A DNA stretch of 48,570 nucleotides, counting the filler, from Sphacelaria rigidula (Eukaryota): the NCBI GenBank assembly GCA_964200075.2. It is 3 parts of 3 records of this genome, joined end to end, with 100 filler letters (N's around TTAATTAATTAA, not from the genome) between each part and the next. Parts side by side here need not be neighbours in the genome. Positions count along the whole stretch, not along the records: positions 1 to 16,124 come from CAXNAA020001477.1; 2 more parts are not named here. The stretch is one strand, 5' to 3'. The position numbers and the translations under genes are program-made. Of the stretch, positions 1 to 11,022 are shown in pieces. Every line of letters starts with the position of its first letter. The first letter of the stretch is position 1. Below the pieces are notes generated by a model. The model was not told where the DNA came from. It worked only from the letters and a program-made list of their open reading frames with translations, and did not search any database.

Positions 1-53
1 GCTTGGCTCGGACACTGAACGACCGCCCCCGAACCCCGCGGGAGGGGGCGCGA

Positions 54-672
54 GGGGGGGGGGGGGGGGACGTTCTCATTTTTTGCTTGCCTTAGTCGTG
101 TGATCGTTGACCACGCATCCCTTTCGAGACGGAGCACCGTTCCTACTCCTAATAGAGACACCTCCAAGATTCCGGGCTCATTGCGTTTCTCCCATAGCTC
201 CTTACGTTTCTTCCATACATGACACAAGAACATATTACGTATCTTATCCCTGTCCTGTTTCGCCGTCTCTGGCCACTGTCTTTCTCCTAGCATAGCCATA
301 TTTTTCTCCCTACTGTCTAATGCATCAAACGATTTCATGCCACCTTCCTTTACGTCCCGCATTTCCCCCTCTAGCACGTCCCCTTCCTCCGTGTATAGTT
401 CACATTCTGCCACTGTATTTCTTCTGCTCTCTATTCCTTTGCCGCAGAGGCAGTTCTGTTCATCTACTTCTTCCTTCTTTCGACGACTCGTATATATATT
501 TCGTCTTTCTGGCAGGTCTAGGTCCCCCACCCGAAATCGCAGTTTCATATTTTTCGCAGCGTCCATGGGGCCATGCAAATACGCTTTCACCCTTATCCCC
601 TCTCTCAACCACCCGTATATCTCCAGGTGCTCTTCCTCTTCTACTTTGCGTGTATTCACCCGTATGTCTCTA
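54..672 (-). mobile_element. 3' end of a non-LTR retrotransposon (LINE), 5'-truncated and frameshifted
   Basis: The minus strand reads HLEIYGWLREGIRVKAYLHGPMDAAKNMKLRFRVGDLDLPERR...NCLCGKGIESR, then after a frameshift VAECELYTEE...LGERQWP...FLCHVWKKRKE. This is the C-terminal zinc-knuckle region of a LINE ORF2. It ends in a conserved tail and a C-run (G-run at 54-69 on +). Confidence 0.85.
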
Positions 673-1053
673 GGTGAATCGGTTGAACTGCCGAAATGAG
701 CCAACGGGTGCATGTACACCCCGCAGCGTTCACGGTTCGCCCCTCTGCGCTAGTAAATATGGTGTCTATAATGCACTACTCTCTGTACTGTACTGTACCG
801 TACTGCATCGTGACACCGTATCGTCTCTACACATGAGATGTGGTGCACAGGACGGACGTGCAGCACCTTACAGTTGGTCCGTATTGGAGTATCTGAAATT
901 AGAACTGCCATCCATAACGCGGCCCTCGGTTGATTGGGTGATGTGTACAATCATCTTTTCAGTACTTTTTTCAGACTCGCTGTTGAAAAATATCCTGGTA
1001 AAAGGTTCCTGGGCTAAAAGCTCGGCCGCCCAAGATGCGAACAGGAATGTTGA

Positions 1054-1649
1054 CACGCGATTCCTGAGCTCAATTTTGAGTCGTTATTGATGAAAATTCG
1101 ACATGATGTACAAGACGTATATGCGAAGACCCCGCCTTGCCCCCCGTGTCTTTTTCGTTCTTTTTTCGTGAGTTATTGGCAATTTTGTCCCAGAGAAACT
1201 GTTCAGGAATATTTCGTCGCCAATAACTCACGAAGGAAAAAAGAATAGGGGGAGGGGGAGCGGGGGGGTAAGGATGGGTCTTCACACATACGCCCTGAAC
1301 ATGATGTAAAAACTTCATCGAAAACCGGTTCCTATAGTATGTGGAGATGGACCTGCCACGAATAATTCAAACGTAATTATGCTGTTCAGTTTCAAGTTTA
1401 CGCTGAAATTTTGACACGATGTACAAGACGTATGTGCGAAGGCCCCTTTTTACCCCCCTGTTTGTTTTGTTTTTCTTCGTGTGTTATTGGCAATTTTGTT
1501 CCGAAACGAAAATCTGAAATGTTCGGTCGCCAATAACCCACGAAGGACCAAAAAAACAGGAGGAACGAAGGGGTCTTCGCGCATACGTCCTGTACATCAT
1601 GTCAAAAGTTCATCGAGAACGACTCAAAATTGAGCTTGGGAATCGCATG
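1054..1649. mobile_element. Palindromic MITE built from two tandem hairpin units
   Basis: Terminal inverted repeats of about 80 bp: cacgcgattcctgagctcaattttgagtcgtt at 1054 versus aacgactcaaaattgagcttgggaatcgcatg ending at 1649. The subunit catgatgtacaagacgtatgtgcgaagacccc occurs 4 times in +/-/+/- order. Confidence 0.8.
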
Positions 1650-2132
1650 ATTCTCTCGAAATCGACTTGTTTTCTACTCTAGGCTCAATGGTTTTCACAA
1701 ACTGCTCGTTGGTTCGCACACTTCTACCAGACGCCTTGGCGCGCTGAGGGCCTCGTCTGCGTGCCATCTCAGAGACTGCGCGCCTAGTGCGACATGTGTT
1801 GTTGTACAATCGCAGCTTGTGCGGCATCACGCGACACACCTGACTGTAACCGAAAATCCTATTTCAGCCGGGCTTTTGGGCTAATTCCGCCGCACATGGT
1901 ACCCTCAACCGTTACACTTCGGCACTTGGCTACAATTTGGTATTTCATTTGATGAGACCTTGTCGAATCGCAGTGCTCTATGGATTTGAAGACGCGCGCT
2001 GATGTGCCGATTACCACGATGAGCCACAGTAGGCACCACTCGCGATACACCGTCAGTTAAAACAGGCTGAAGGAAAGTGACCTTCTTGGGCGGCCCAGCT
2101 TGTACCACTCATACAAAAAACACAATTTTGCC

Positions 2133-3548
2133 GGGAAAATTATATGTGTACCCGGTTGCACCATCGGCACCCTGGGGTTATGGCAATAACACGTGCGACT
2201 AGTCAGTGAAGCATGACCACCGCCCCGACCGTGATGACTTGGATCACAGCTTCAATCGGAGCCGGCACAACCAACGCAGAGTATATAGTAGTACAAGAGT
2301 AGCATGATGTCGCTCTCTCTCTCTCTCATCTCTCTCACATCTCTCTCTCATCTCTCTCTCATCTCTCACAACTCGTCGCGTGGTCGAGTCTGCGTGACTT
2401 CCCACTGCCAGCTCAAAAATGAAAAATGTTCCTTGTCGATCATTTCGGAGCTCATAGTTCTATGCTCGCTTACATCCCATCGATGTATCATGCACGCACC
2501 GACAAATTATATGAAAGGAAAACAGGAATAACAGCTACCGCTTTGTGCACCCAGAGGCACAGAGAACCCAAAGTAGAGAGCGTGGCATGTACCGGAACAG
2601 ACAACATCATGGCGACTATATTATGTGCTCTTGCTCGCTAGATATGTTGAGCCTATCGGTACCTCCATGTGCGCCGTGCCGTCTCTACAGCAAAATGAAG
2701 GATAACCCAGACAGGAGTGTACACATGTCATTGCAGGTACACGGAAGCCCAACGAAAACACAAGGACCGTACCATGCTGTACAGGCACTAGTGCAGTGTG
2801 GTCTTATTCTCTTCCTCCTCCCGCGCGTTCCTCCCTCCGTCTATCAGTGTCACTGAAGGATCAAACTCAACCAAACACCCCGGGAGCGTGACCCGTCTCT
2901 GCCGCCAGCTGTGAAATTTAACCCCTTGACCGCCAGAGTGGGCACTTTTGAAGTGAAATTATGCCGAAGAAAAAGAGAACGCACCCTTCCTTGAGATGAC
3001 ACGTTCTCCGTGTTCGTTTAATCAGGGGATAGGTGCTGAAGAGACGACACAGAGCTCATGACGGTACCGATAGACTCAACGCAACTAACATACATGAGCA
3101 CATAATGTAGTCGCCATGATATTGTCTGTTCCGGTACACGCCACGCTTCCTACCTCGAGTTTTTTGTGCCTCTATGGGTACACAAAGCGGCAGCTTTTTC
3201 CCCTTGATACTTTTTCGGCGTGCATTTCACGTGGATGAGGAGTAGGCGAGCACAGAGTTTCGAGATTTGAAATGTATAATCAACACAGAGCATTCTTGAT
3301 TTTCGAGCTGACAGTGGGAGATCACGCAGACTCGACCACGCGGCGAGCAGTGAGAGATGAGAGAGAGTGCAACATAGTGTTACTCTTATACTACTGTATA
3401 CTCTGCGTTGGTTATGTTGACTCCGATTGAAAGTGTGATCCACGTCACCACGGTCGGGGCGGTGGTCATGCAGCATTGCTAGCCGCACGTGTTTTTGTCA
3501 TTATCCCAGAGTGCCGATGGTGCACCCGGGTGCACATAAAATTTGTAC
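2133..3548. mobile_element. Foldback / Mutator-like non-autonomous element with ~550-bp inverted arms
   Basis: 2133-~2692 is a diverged reverse complement of ~3033-3548. It is flanked by the direct repeat ACAATTTTG (2122-2130 and 3549-3557), consistent with a 9-bp MULE-type TSD. Confidence 0.8.
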
Positions 3549-3557
3549 ACAATTTTG

Positions 3558-5102
3558 CACACGTCGGACAGATCGGTTCCCTGTAGCTCGAGCTAGCTAT
3601 ATTTAGCGTAGCTCCCTGGTGAGCTACAAGAGCGATATACGCTACGCATGGTTCCCCTGGGTGAGCTATGAGAGCAACAGGAGCCACGCATGTTTGCCCT
3701 AGGTGAGCTACCAACATCATATTCGCCCTGAGTGAGCTATATGAGAGCTGCATGAGCTTCACATGTTTCCCCTAGGTGAGCTACCAACTCGTAGCTCATC
3801 AGCTCAAATTCGCCCTGGATAAGCTATGAGCGCTGCATGAGTTACGCATGTTTGCCCTGGATGAGCTATAATATGATATCTACATGAGCTACCGTACACA
3901 TGTTTGCCCTGGATGAGCTATGAGAGCTAGGTGAGCCGCGTATAATTGCCCTGGGTAAGCTATGGGAGCTACATCAGCTACGCATGTTTGCCCTGGTTGG
4001 GCTGAAGAGCTGCCGGAGCTACGCCGATCTTGGAGTTGTTTCTGTTCCGATGCTCATGCACGTTGATACGTGAAAACGGTTACATGTGTACACACCTGTG
4101 TTCCATTTTGTGCAGCGATAGGTTTGCTTTTTGTAAACATCAACATAACCGCACCAGAAACCATCCGCTCTGTAGCCACCACATCCACAGACAACCACAG
4201 ACACACACAACGCGCCCTACATGGCGACCGTCCGGGGCAGCAGCTCTCACGGTACTTCAGTCGGAAATGATGCCGTAGATGTAGATCCTCCGCAACAGGC
4301 GATCGATGTGGAGGAAGAAGTGGAAACACGTAGAATAGTTGACTGCCTAACCCTTTGACCGCGAGGGTAGGCGATCTGTTGACTCGGCATCATTCACCCC
4401 CGAAAAATAATAGCAAGTACAAATTATTACAAATTATGCTGATTTAACAGATCGCTACCCCTCGCTGTTGAAGGGTCAACCGTTTGGAGGCGAACATATG
4501 TCATCTGTTGAATCGGCTTCAATTTCACTTGGAACAATTGTACATGGCCAGATGGACTCGTACCTTCGCCGCCAAGCGGTCAAAAGAAATGAATTGGTCG
4601 ATTATTAAAGACACCGAATAATAATAATGTTCTGAACCATTCGACCATGCAAACGAGGATATTTGTTGGCCTCTTTTCTTCCCACCGCAAAGAGCGAGGC
4701 AGAACACCACAACCTGATCATACGCTACGCCATCCGTTCGAACAAGAACGTTACATCATGGGCGGTGAGCTAGGCACCTGACGTGAGTGAGCTACGAACA
4801 TGTGTTCCCGGGGTGAGCTACCGGGCGTAACTCATCCACTAATGTTTTCCCCGGGTGAGCTACAAGAGCTGCGTGAGCTACACATGTTTTCCCTGGGTAA
4901 GCTATGAGAGCTGTATGAGCTACGCACGTATGTCCTGGGTGAGCTACCAACCCGTAGCTCATAAGCTCATATTCGCGGCGGTTGAGCTATGAGAGCTACA
5001 TGAGCTACGCATGATTGTCCTGGGTGAGCTATTGGACGTAGCTCGCATATACAGTGAGCTACAGCCTGCAGATGAGCTAGCTCATGGCCTGTCCGACGTG
5101 TG
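3558..5102 (+). mobile_element. hAT-like internal-deletion derivative with GAGCTA subterminal arrays
   Basis: TIRs cacacgtcggacag / ctgtccgacgtgtg. Flanks caattttg / catttttt match at 6/8. Dense GAGCTA-containing repeats lie at ~3585-4021 and ~4765-5085. An internal transposase-like relic reads CLKEMNWSIIKDTE...EPFDHA once the MITEs at 4351-4579 are removed. Confidence 0.75.
4351..4579. mobile_element. Two tandem piggyBac-like MITEs (4351-4475 and 4480-4579)
   Basis: Ends ccctttgaccgcgaggg...aaggg and ccgttt...aagcgg are bounded by degenerate TTAA sites (ctaa, tcaa, tcaa). The internal catctgttgaatcggc motif is shared with copies at 20482, 47933 and 48240. Confidence 0.7.
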
Positions 5103-5589
5103 CATTTTTTTGTTCGGTGGGTACATCTTACTGGAGTGGCGAGCTGCATGCGGTACCGTTCTGTCCCTGGGCTGAAAAAAACACACCAACGCATAAACTC
5201 GGATGGCGAAAACAAACGAGCAACGACGTCACCGAGGTTCTTGACGATTGGTTCGCGTGCTCTCTACATGCCAACAAGTAGCCATGGAATCACCACGAGT
5301 AAGTGATATATACAGACCTTGTACACATGCGCGAAACAATAATGACCGGCAGGCAGAGATACAACCAGAGAAAGAAGGAGGGGAAAAGAGGCAGAGGGAG
5401 GAAGGGAAACAAGGAAACGCGGGGAACAAGAATTAAGAGGGAATTAATCATTTCACACTAGGACCAAGGCAAAGCAAAGTATCCTACCCCCACGACCGTT
5501 GATATATGGTATGACTTCATGAAGACCGTATGTCCCCTCGTGTTTTGTGTGCTTATCCCTCCCACTTACCACGCATGGTACCTCTCAAG

Positions 5590-5753
5590 GTGTCATCGAC
5601 CCCAGCAACGATGTTGACGGAGCTGACATTCAAGGAGGGGGCAGCGGAGCGGAAACTGTAGACGAAAAAGGCATGAGGCTCAGCAAAGAGGAGGAAGAGA
5701 GACGGTCGAGGGAGTTGCAGGCTCTTGTGCAAGAGGCGAACACCCTGATCGTG
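5590..5753 (+). other. Isolated exon-like segment (acidic/coiled-coil peptide), gene unassigned
   Basis: An AG acceptor (5588-89) follows a pyrimidine-rich tract and a GTGAGC donor sits at 5754. The open frame is VIDPSNDVDGADIQGGGSGAETVDEKGMRLSKEEEERRSRELQALVQEANTLIV. Confidence 0.45.
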
Positions 5754-6452
5754 GTGAGCACAAAGCTGTAGGCATCGGTTGACCGATGGATAGGTTTTGT
5801 CACAGTAGCTGATCCGACACGGGTCTAGCAATGGTCACGAGATAGACGTGTATGCCCAAGGTCAAGACAACGAAAAGACCCGCTCATTTCGGTCGGTCCG
5901 ACAGATTGGCGGATATTGTAAGTACAAGCCGCACGGGACCCGGGGCTGCGCCCCGGTCCCGTCCGTCTTTTTTGAGGGTCTCGGTATTCTTGCTTTGCCA
6001 AGCCCTCGTCAGAATAGATCCTCTCTCGGAATGTTCATGCCCGCCGGAAACATTGCAGGACCACCGCGATCGCGCGTCCGTTCGAACGGTCGCGAACGCA
6101 TGTGTACCCCCGCACAAAGTGAAGTACGAATCCGCTAACCGGACCCGTAGCATTGGCATTGGCCCGAACAGTCATCTACCGGGGCGGATGCGGAGGACAC
6201 ATTAAAATCAGCATTGAATCTCGTGGGCGCCTCGTTACAAAGTATTCTTGACGCTCGTGAGTTCGAAATATTCTCCCTCTATATATATGCCCAATTTATA
6301 TCTCTGCTGTCGTGTCCATACTCGCTGCCCTCAAAATCTTTCAAGTCTCGCGAACAAATGGGCCCATGTCAGTGAATCTACCACTCTTATCAACGAATCC
6401 GTGTCAAATGTCTCCTGTGGATGGTGACATGTTGCGCGTCATTGTATGGACG

Positions 6453-6454
<2 letters not shown>

Positions 6455-6505
<51 letters not shown>
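6455..6505. repeat. (TG)n microsatellite
   Basis: About 25 perfect TG units. Confidence 0.98.
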
Positions 6506-6506
<1 letters not shown>

Positions 6507-6534
6507 CATGTATCATATCGTCTCGACACTTTTA

Positions 6535-7636
6535 CGAGCTGGGCCAGCCGAGAAGCGAATTTATAGTTTGCAGGCCCATTAGGCGGCCATTATTTTGAGT
6601 TGGACCTAAAATTCGGTATGGACAAAAACAAGGGCATAATAAAAACAAATGGGTTAGGGTTATGCCCTATGCAGTGTCCATACCAAATTTTAGGGTCCAA
6701 CCCTAAATATTGGCCGGCTAATGGGCCGTTTCAAAACTGGGTCGGTAGGAAATCGGAACGGTATCTCGCACGCCACTCACCGGCCCACGTTTGGTTTTTG
6801 TGTATTGAAATCTTGTGTGGGCCGTCGCTAGGAGGTACTTAACAAAGCAAGGTAGGTCAGACCGATGTTTTTTCATTTTTTTTACTGGTTCAGGGCGTTC
6901 TAGTGTAGTGGAGACCAGTTCTTCACGAGAACGCTTTCACCTAGGAAAAAAAATAAAATGAGGCCCTTTTTTTCATTCGGCACACCTTCGTGATTCTTCA
7001 TGCTAAGTTTGAAATCACAGTTCTAAAAATGGGCTTGAAAATTTAGATAAGGCCGAAGAGCAGTGTCAATTCTTTCTCAAAACTGCCCTGAAAACCCGGG
7101 AAAAAAAACGAAGAAGAATGAAAAACGAAGGGAACGAAAAAGTTAAGAAGCTGTTTTTCTTCGCTTTCTTATACACTAGCGGTTCCCCATACGAAATTTC
7201 ATGGCACAACTCTCAAAAACTGAGACGCGTTATCCACATTCAATTCATCTAGTGCCTCTGCTCGTAATATCTTGATATTAGTGTGGAAAACTACGTGCGC
7301 CATATCCCGAGATAAACAACGAAGCAAGTGAAGGTGAGGGTATCAATCGTCTCCCCGTGCTCCAGGGAATGTCCACACCAAGAGTCGTCGTCATCCGCTG
7401 AATGCATCGATCCGGGTTCCATATAGTTTCTAATATGGACGCTATCTCCGTTAGGTAAAGGAATTACTAGACATGGGGTATAATCAACGATAAATATTGG
7501 CCCAGACTTTTGAGCAAATGGGCACCTTCCCCTTGATAAGGCGATTAATACGATATGCGGATCATGGCCCAACTCGTCTGTGTCGATGAGATATTACTTT
7601 GAGAGCTCAAATCCGTTTCTGGGCTGGCCCAGCTCG
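6535..7636 (+). mobile_element. 1.1-kb non-autonomous DNA transposon with TA target (Tc1/mariner-type), complete copy
   Basis: Perfect TIR cgagctgggccagcc / ggctggcccagctcg with TA on both sides (6533-34, 7637-38). Homologous copies start at 15063, 28449 and 45153. Confidence 0.88.
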
Positions 7637-7937
7637 TATGTATGTTACTGTATCACATGACGCCAAGACTGTATGGTGGTTGGTATGTAGTCGATTTGTA
7701 GGGGGGAAAAGTGACCGAATGTAGCAATCACACCAGTCAAAATGTTGACCTACTTGACTACGTGCCTGGCTTGAAATCTTCCTTTGGAAGCTTCCGGACA
7801 GATATGGTCAACGTCGGACGAGTAGTCTCCGCTCATCTGTAATCAGGTACCCACCCCCCACCCCCCAATCCTCCCCTCCCGCCCGTCTTGAAATCATAAA
7901 AACACCCCCCCATCTCGAATCGAAAAGAAAACCCGAC

Positions 7938-8712
7938 GTGCTCCGTCCCGCCTTTGCAGAGGCGGACCCCCGATGGGGTTGGTGTCGGTTGGCGATGACG
8001 CTATAAAACACGCTCTCGCTGCGTCAGCTAGGCAACCAGGTTACCCATTTTTACATTTTTTGCGCCCGCTTGCGTTTCTTTTTGCGGTAACCATGATGGT
8101 GTGGTGGTCGAGCTAGATCATGTTGTGCGGCGTAGGAGAGCCTCAACTCCGCACAATGGGGATGGTCGGACTACGTGGTGTTTAAATGGTGAGACGCCCA
8201 CGAGGCAGCGTATAAGCCGTGGCTGTCTCTGGAAGTGGCGATACCAGCGAATAAAGCAACTCATTGTAGGCTGCCATTCAAATGCAAGATAAGCGGTAGG
8301 CTTCGGGCCGAACAATCTTAGCAGGATGCGGCTCATCCTTGATGCGATTCGCCGAACACACCACGGCGCTTTGCGCTTGGGGAGTGCGAGCCTGGTCCGG
8401 CGAAAGCCCGGCGTGCTCCGTCCCGGCTTTGTAGGGATGCGAGGTCAATGGTCCCATGACTTTGGCATGCATGATCATGAGTACACCTCTCCCCCCCCCG
8501 TCCCGAAAGGGATGCGTGGTCAGTGGTCGAACGACTAAGGCAAGTAACGAATGAGTACGCCGCCCCCCCTGCCGCCGCCCTCGCCTTTTCAAGGGTTGGG
8601 ATGGGTTGGCAACGGCGCTTTATAACATGAAACTAGCTGCGTAAGCTAGGCAACCAGGCTCACGTCTTTTTTTCTTGCTTTTTTTGTGGTAACCGTAATG
8701 GTCGCCGAGCAA
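7938..8712 (+). mobile_element. Tandem cluster of a poly-C-tailed SINE-like retroposon
   Basis: The head sequence repeats at ~7975-8112 and ~8592-8712. The body 8150-8490 is homologous to 10280-10642. The tail gtgctccgtcc...gggatgc...tgagtac(C)n matches the LINE end at 54-140, and an extra LINE-type tail is stacked at 8490-8580. Confidence 0.75.
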
Positions 8713-9504
8713 CACGCTGGTTCACGCTTATCGCCCAAAATTATATCATCAGCAAAGACCTTTCGCAATACCTACCCAATAGTCGCATACATGATATCAT
8801 ACTGACCGTCATGGATAGCTGGAGAGCGTGACATAGCCGGATTTGTGTGTAAGGTCATAGTGGTAGCGCTATGGACGAAAAGGTATGTCGAATGTCGATC
8901 AATCAGCGCCTGTCAAATTGTTCCAAGATCAAAATTACGAATTCCAAGCCCAATTTTCACCCAACCTCCGCATGCTTCAAATCTTCGTAACCGTCATCGG
9001 CTCGGGAATCTAACGAAGAAAACATCATTTGCAACGGTTACTACGGGGGTTGAATTACACACGAAACCGTGATGTTTCGGTAATGTCGGGTGTTGGCGTC
9101 GTCTAATTTACTCCGATGACAAGCATGAAGGACCTAGGGAGCCTCGTGACAGTGTCCCCTATATATGTTGTAGAAAAGCTCAGATCGCCCTCAAACTTGG
9201 CAGTTCCGTAGGTATTGATGTTCCAAATGGAAAGATTGTATTCTTGGCAAAATATCATGCTTTCTCCTTTCTCTACAGGCTTCCAGCGGTCCCAGTATGA
9301 AGACCCCCGGAAGGCGGTACAGAATGCCCCAAAAGAAAACTGATAAAATTATGCGTCCGATATTGATAGTCCAAGGAACACACGTACAAAGTTGGGTGCA
9401 GAAAATCGAAAACCTAATACGGTTTCTCTTGTCTTGACGTGAAATTCACCCAAAAAGACGTCACCATACTAGAACATACTGATACTAAAACCAAGTAGTT
9501 AGGA

Positions 9505-10262
9505 GTTGCACGTTCCAAGCTCACGTCCTCCACAATCGCGCAAACCTTCACGCTGTTATTAGGAGTTAGACCCTGAAACTTTGCACAATACGTTTTGTGT
9601 CACTACGCAACTTTCTGTAGACGAGTTTTTTTTTACTTCTTGAGTTTTCACCGTTTTTCGGGGGTCCGACGGGATCCAGGTCGTTTTTCGGAGTAGTCTC
9701 CATTCTGGGACCCCGTAAAACCGGCACAACGATTTTTGGTTTACTTTTTCGTGAACTAGATGTCGCTGCATAACCCAAGGAAGGGCCCCACAAACTTTCG
9801 TCGCAAAAATCGACCAGCTGATGTTTGAATTTTTATGTTCACGTCAAGAAAGGCCCAAAAACGCCGTTTTCTTACTCAAATCAAGTAGTTTGCGGTTTCA
9901 CCGCGGCACGTCAAAGTTCATCGCACAAAAGCGAAAGACCTTACGCCGTTTGAAGGAGTTAGATCATGAAATTTGGCACAACTGTGGTATTGGTCATTAC
10001 GCAACTTTGGATGAACGGATTTTTGTTTTGTTTTGTTTTTATTACCGTTTTACGGGGGTCCGAGTGGATCGATGTTTTCCCGAAAAAAAATGGAACCCCT
10101 AAAAAATGGGGAAAAAGTCAAGAAGTCGAAACCTCTCGAGCTCCAAAAGTTGCGTAGTGCCCCATAGAACATCTGTGCAAATCTTCAGGGTCCAAATCCT
10201 GAAAACGGCGTGAGGTTTTGCCGATGAGTGTTTTTTGGATGATGAGCCTGAACCAGCCTGTA
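9505..10262. mobile_element. MITE-like element with long imperfect inverted arms
   Basis: tcacgctgttattaggagttagaccctgaaactttgcaca...cactacgcaacttt (9548-9614) is inverted to aaagttgcgtagtg...tgtgcaaatcttcagggtccaaatcctgaaaacggcgtga (10146-10213). The left boundary is uncertain. Confidence 0.65.
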
Positions 10263-10279
10263 GATCAATTTGTGTGGGT

Positions 10280-10642
10280 TGGACAACCGAGACTCAGCGA
10301 AACGGTGGTGATCGTACTACGTTGTGTTTATATGGTAAGGCATCCATGAGGAAGTATAACCCGTCGCTGTCTCCGGAAGTGGCGATGCCAGAAATTTAAA
10401 CAACTTATTGGAGGCCGTCATACACGTGCAAGATAATCAGTACGCCTCGGGCCGAACAATCTTGGCAGGAGTCAGCTCACCCTTCGTGCGACTCGCCGAA
10501 CACATGACGGCGCTTTGCTCTCGGAGATTACGAGCCGGGTCTGGTGAAAACCGGGCGTGCTCCGTCCCGGCATTGTCGGGATGCAAAGACAATGGTCTTA
10601 TGACTACGGCATGCAAGGTCATAGGTACCCCCCCCCGCCCCC
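10280..10642 (+). mobile_element. 5'-truncated copy of the poly-C-tailed SINE-like retroposon
   Basis: Colinear similarity with 8150-8490, ending in ggtac followed by a C-run. Confidence 0.78.
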
Positions 10643-11022
10643 TGGGAACCCTGAATGTATCGAAGCTGTCGGCCCCCGAAACTGTTCCGAGGGGACGCTC
10701 GCGGTGAAAGGGCTTGACAACGAATATGTGAGGGAGGTAGCGAGGAAGAGGTGGGCTGATTCCCTGAAACTACGATTAAACTACGAACGCTTCCCGAGAA
10801 GGGAAGGAGATTATTTTACTGTCATGATTCTGCAAAACAAATGTGGATACCGTCGTAGTGCGATTCCGTGGGGTACAGGGTATGATTACGGTGCGGTGAG
10901 TCTGGTTCGACTACCCACATCACTCCAATACTCGTAGGGCTTCCGCTGTGCAGTACGAGTACGAAGAGCAGTTTTTTCTTTTAGTTTAGAACTTTACAAT
11001 AGGAATGGACGCAGTAATCTTG

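Noticed and set aside
3585..5085. GAGCTA repeats as a CRISPR array or standalone satellite
   Set aside because: The units are degenerate with no unique spacers and lie inside TIRs, so they are subterminal repeats.
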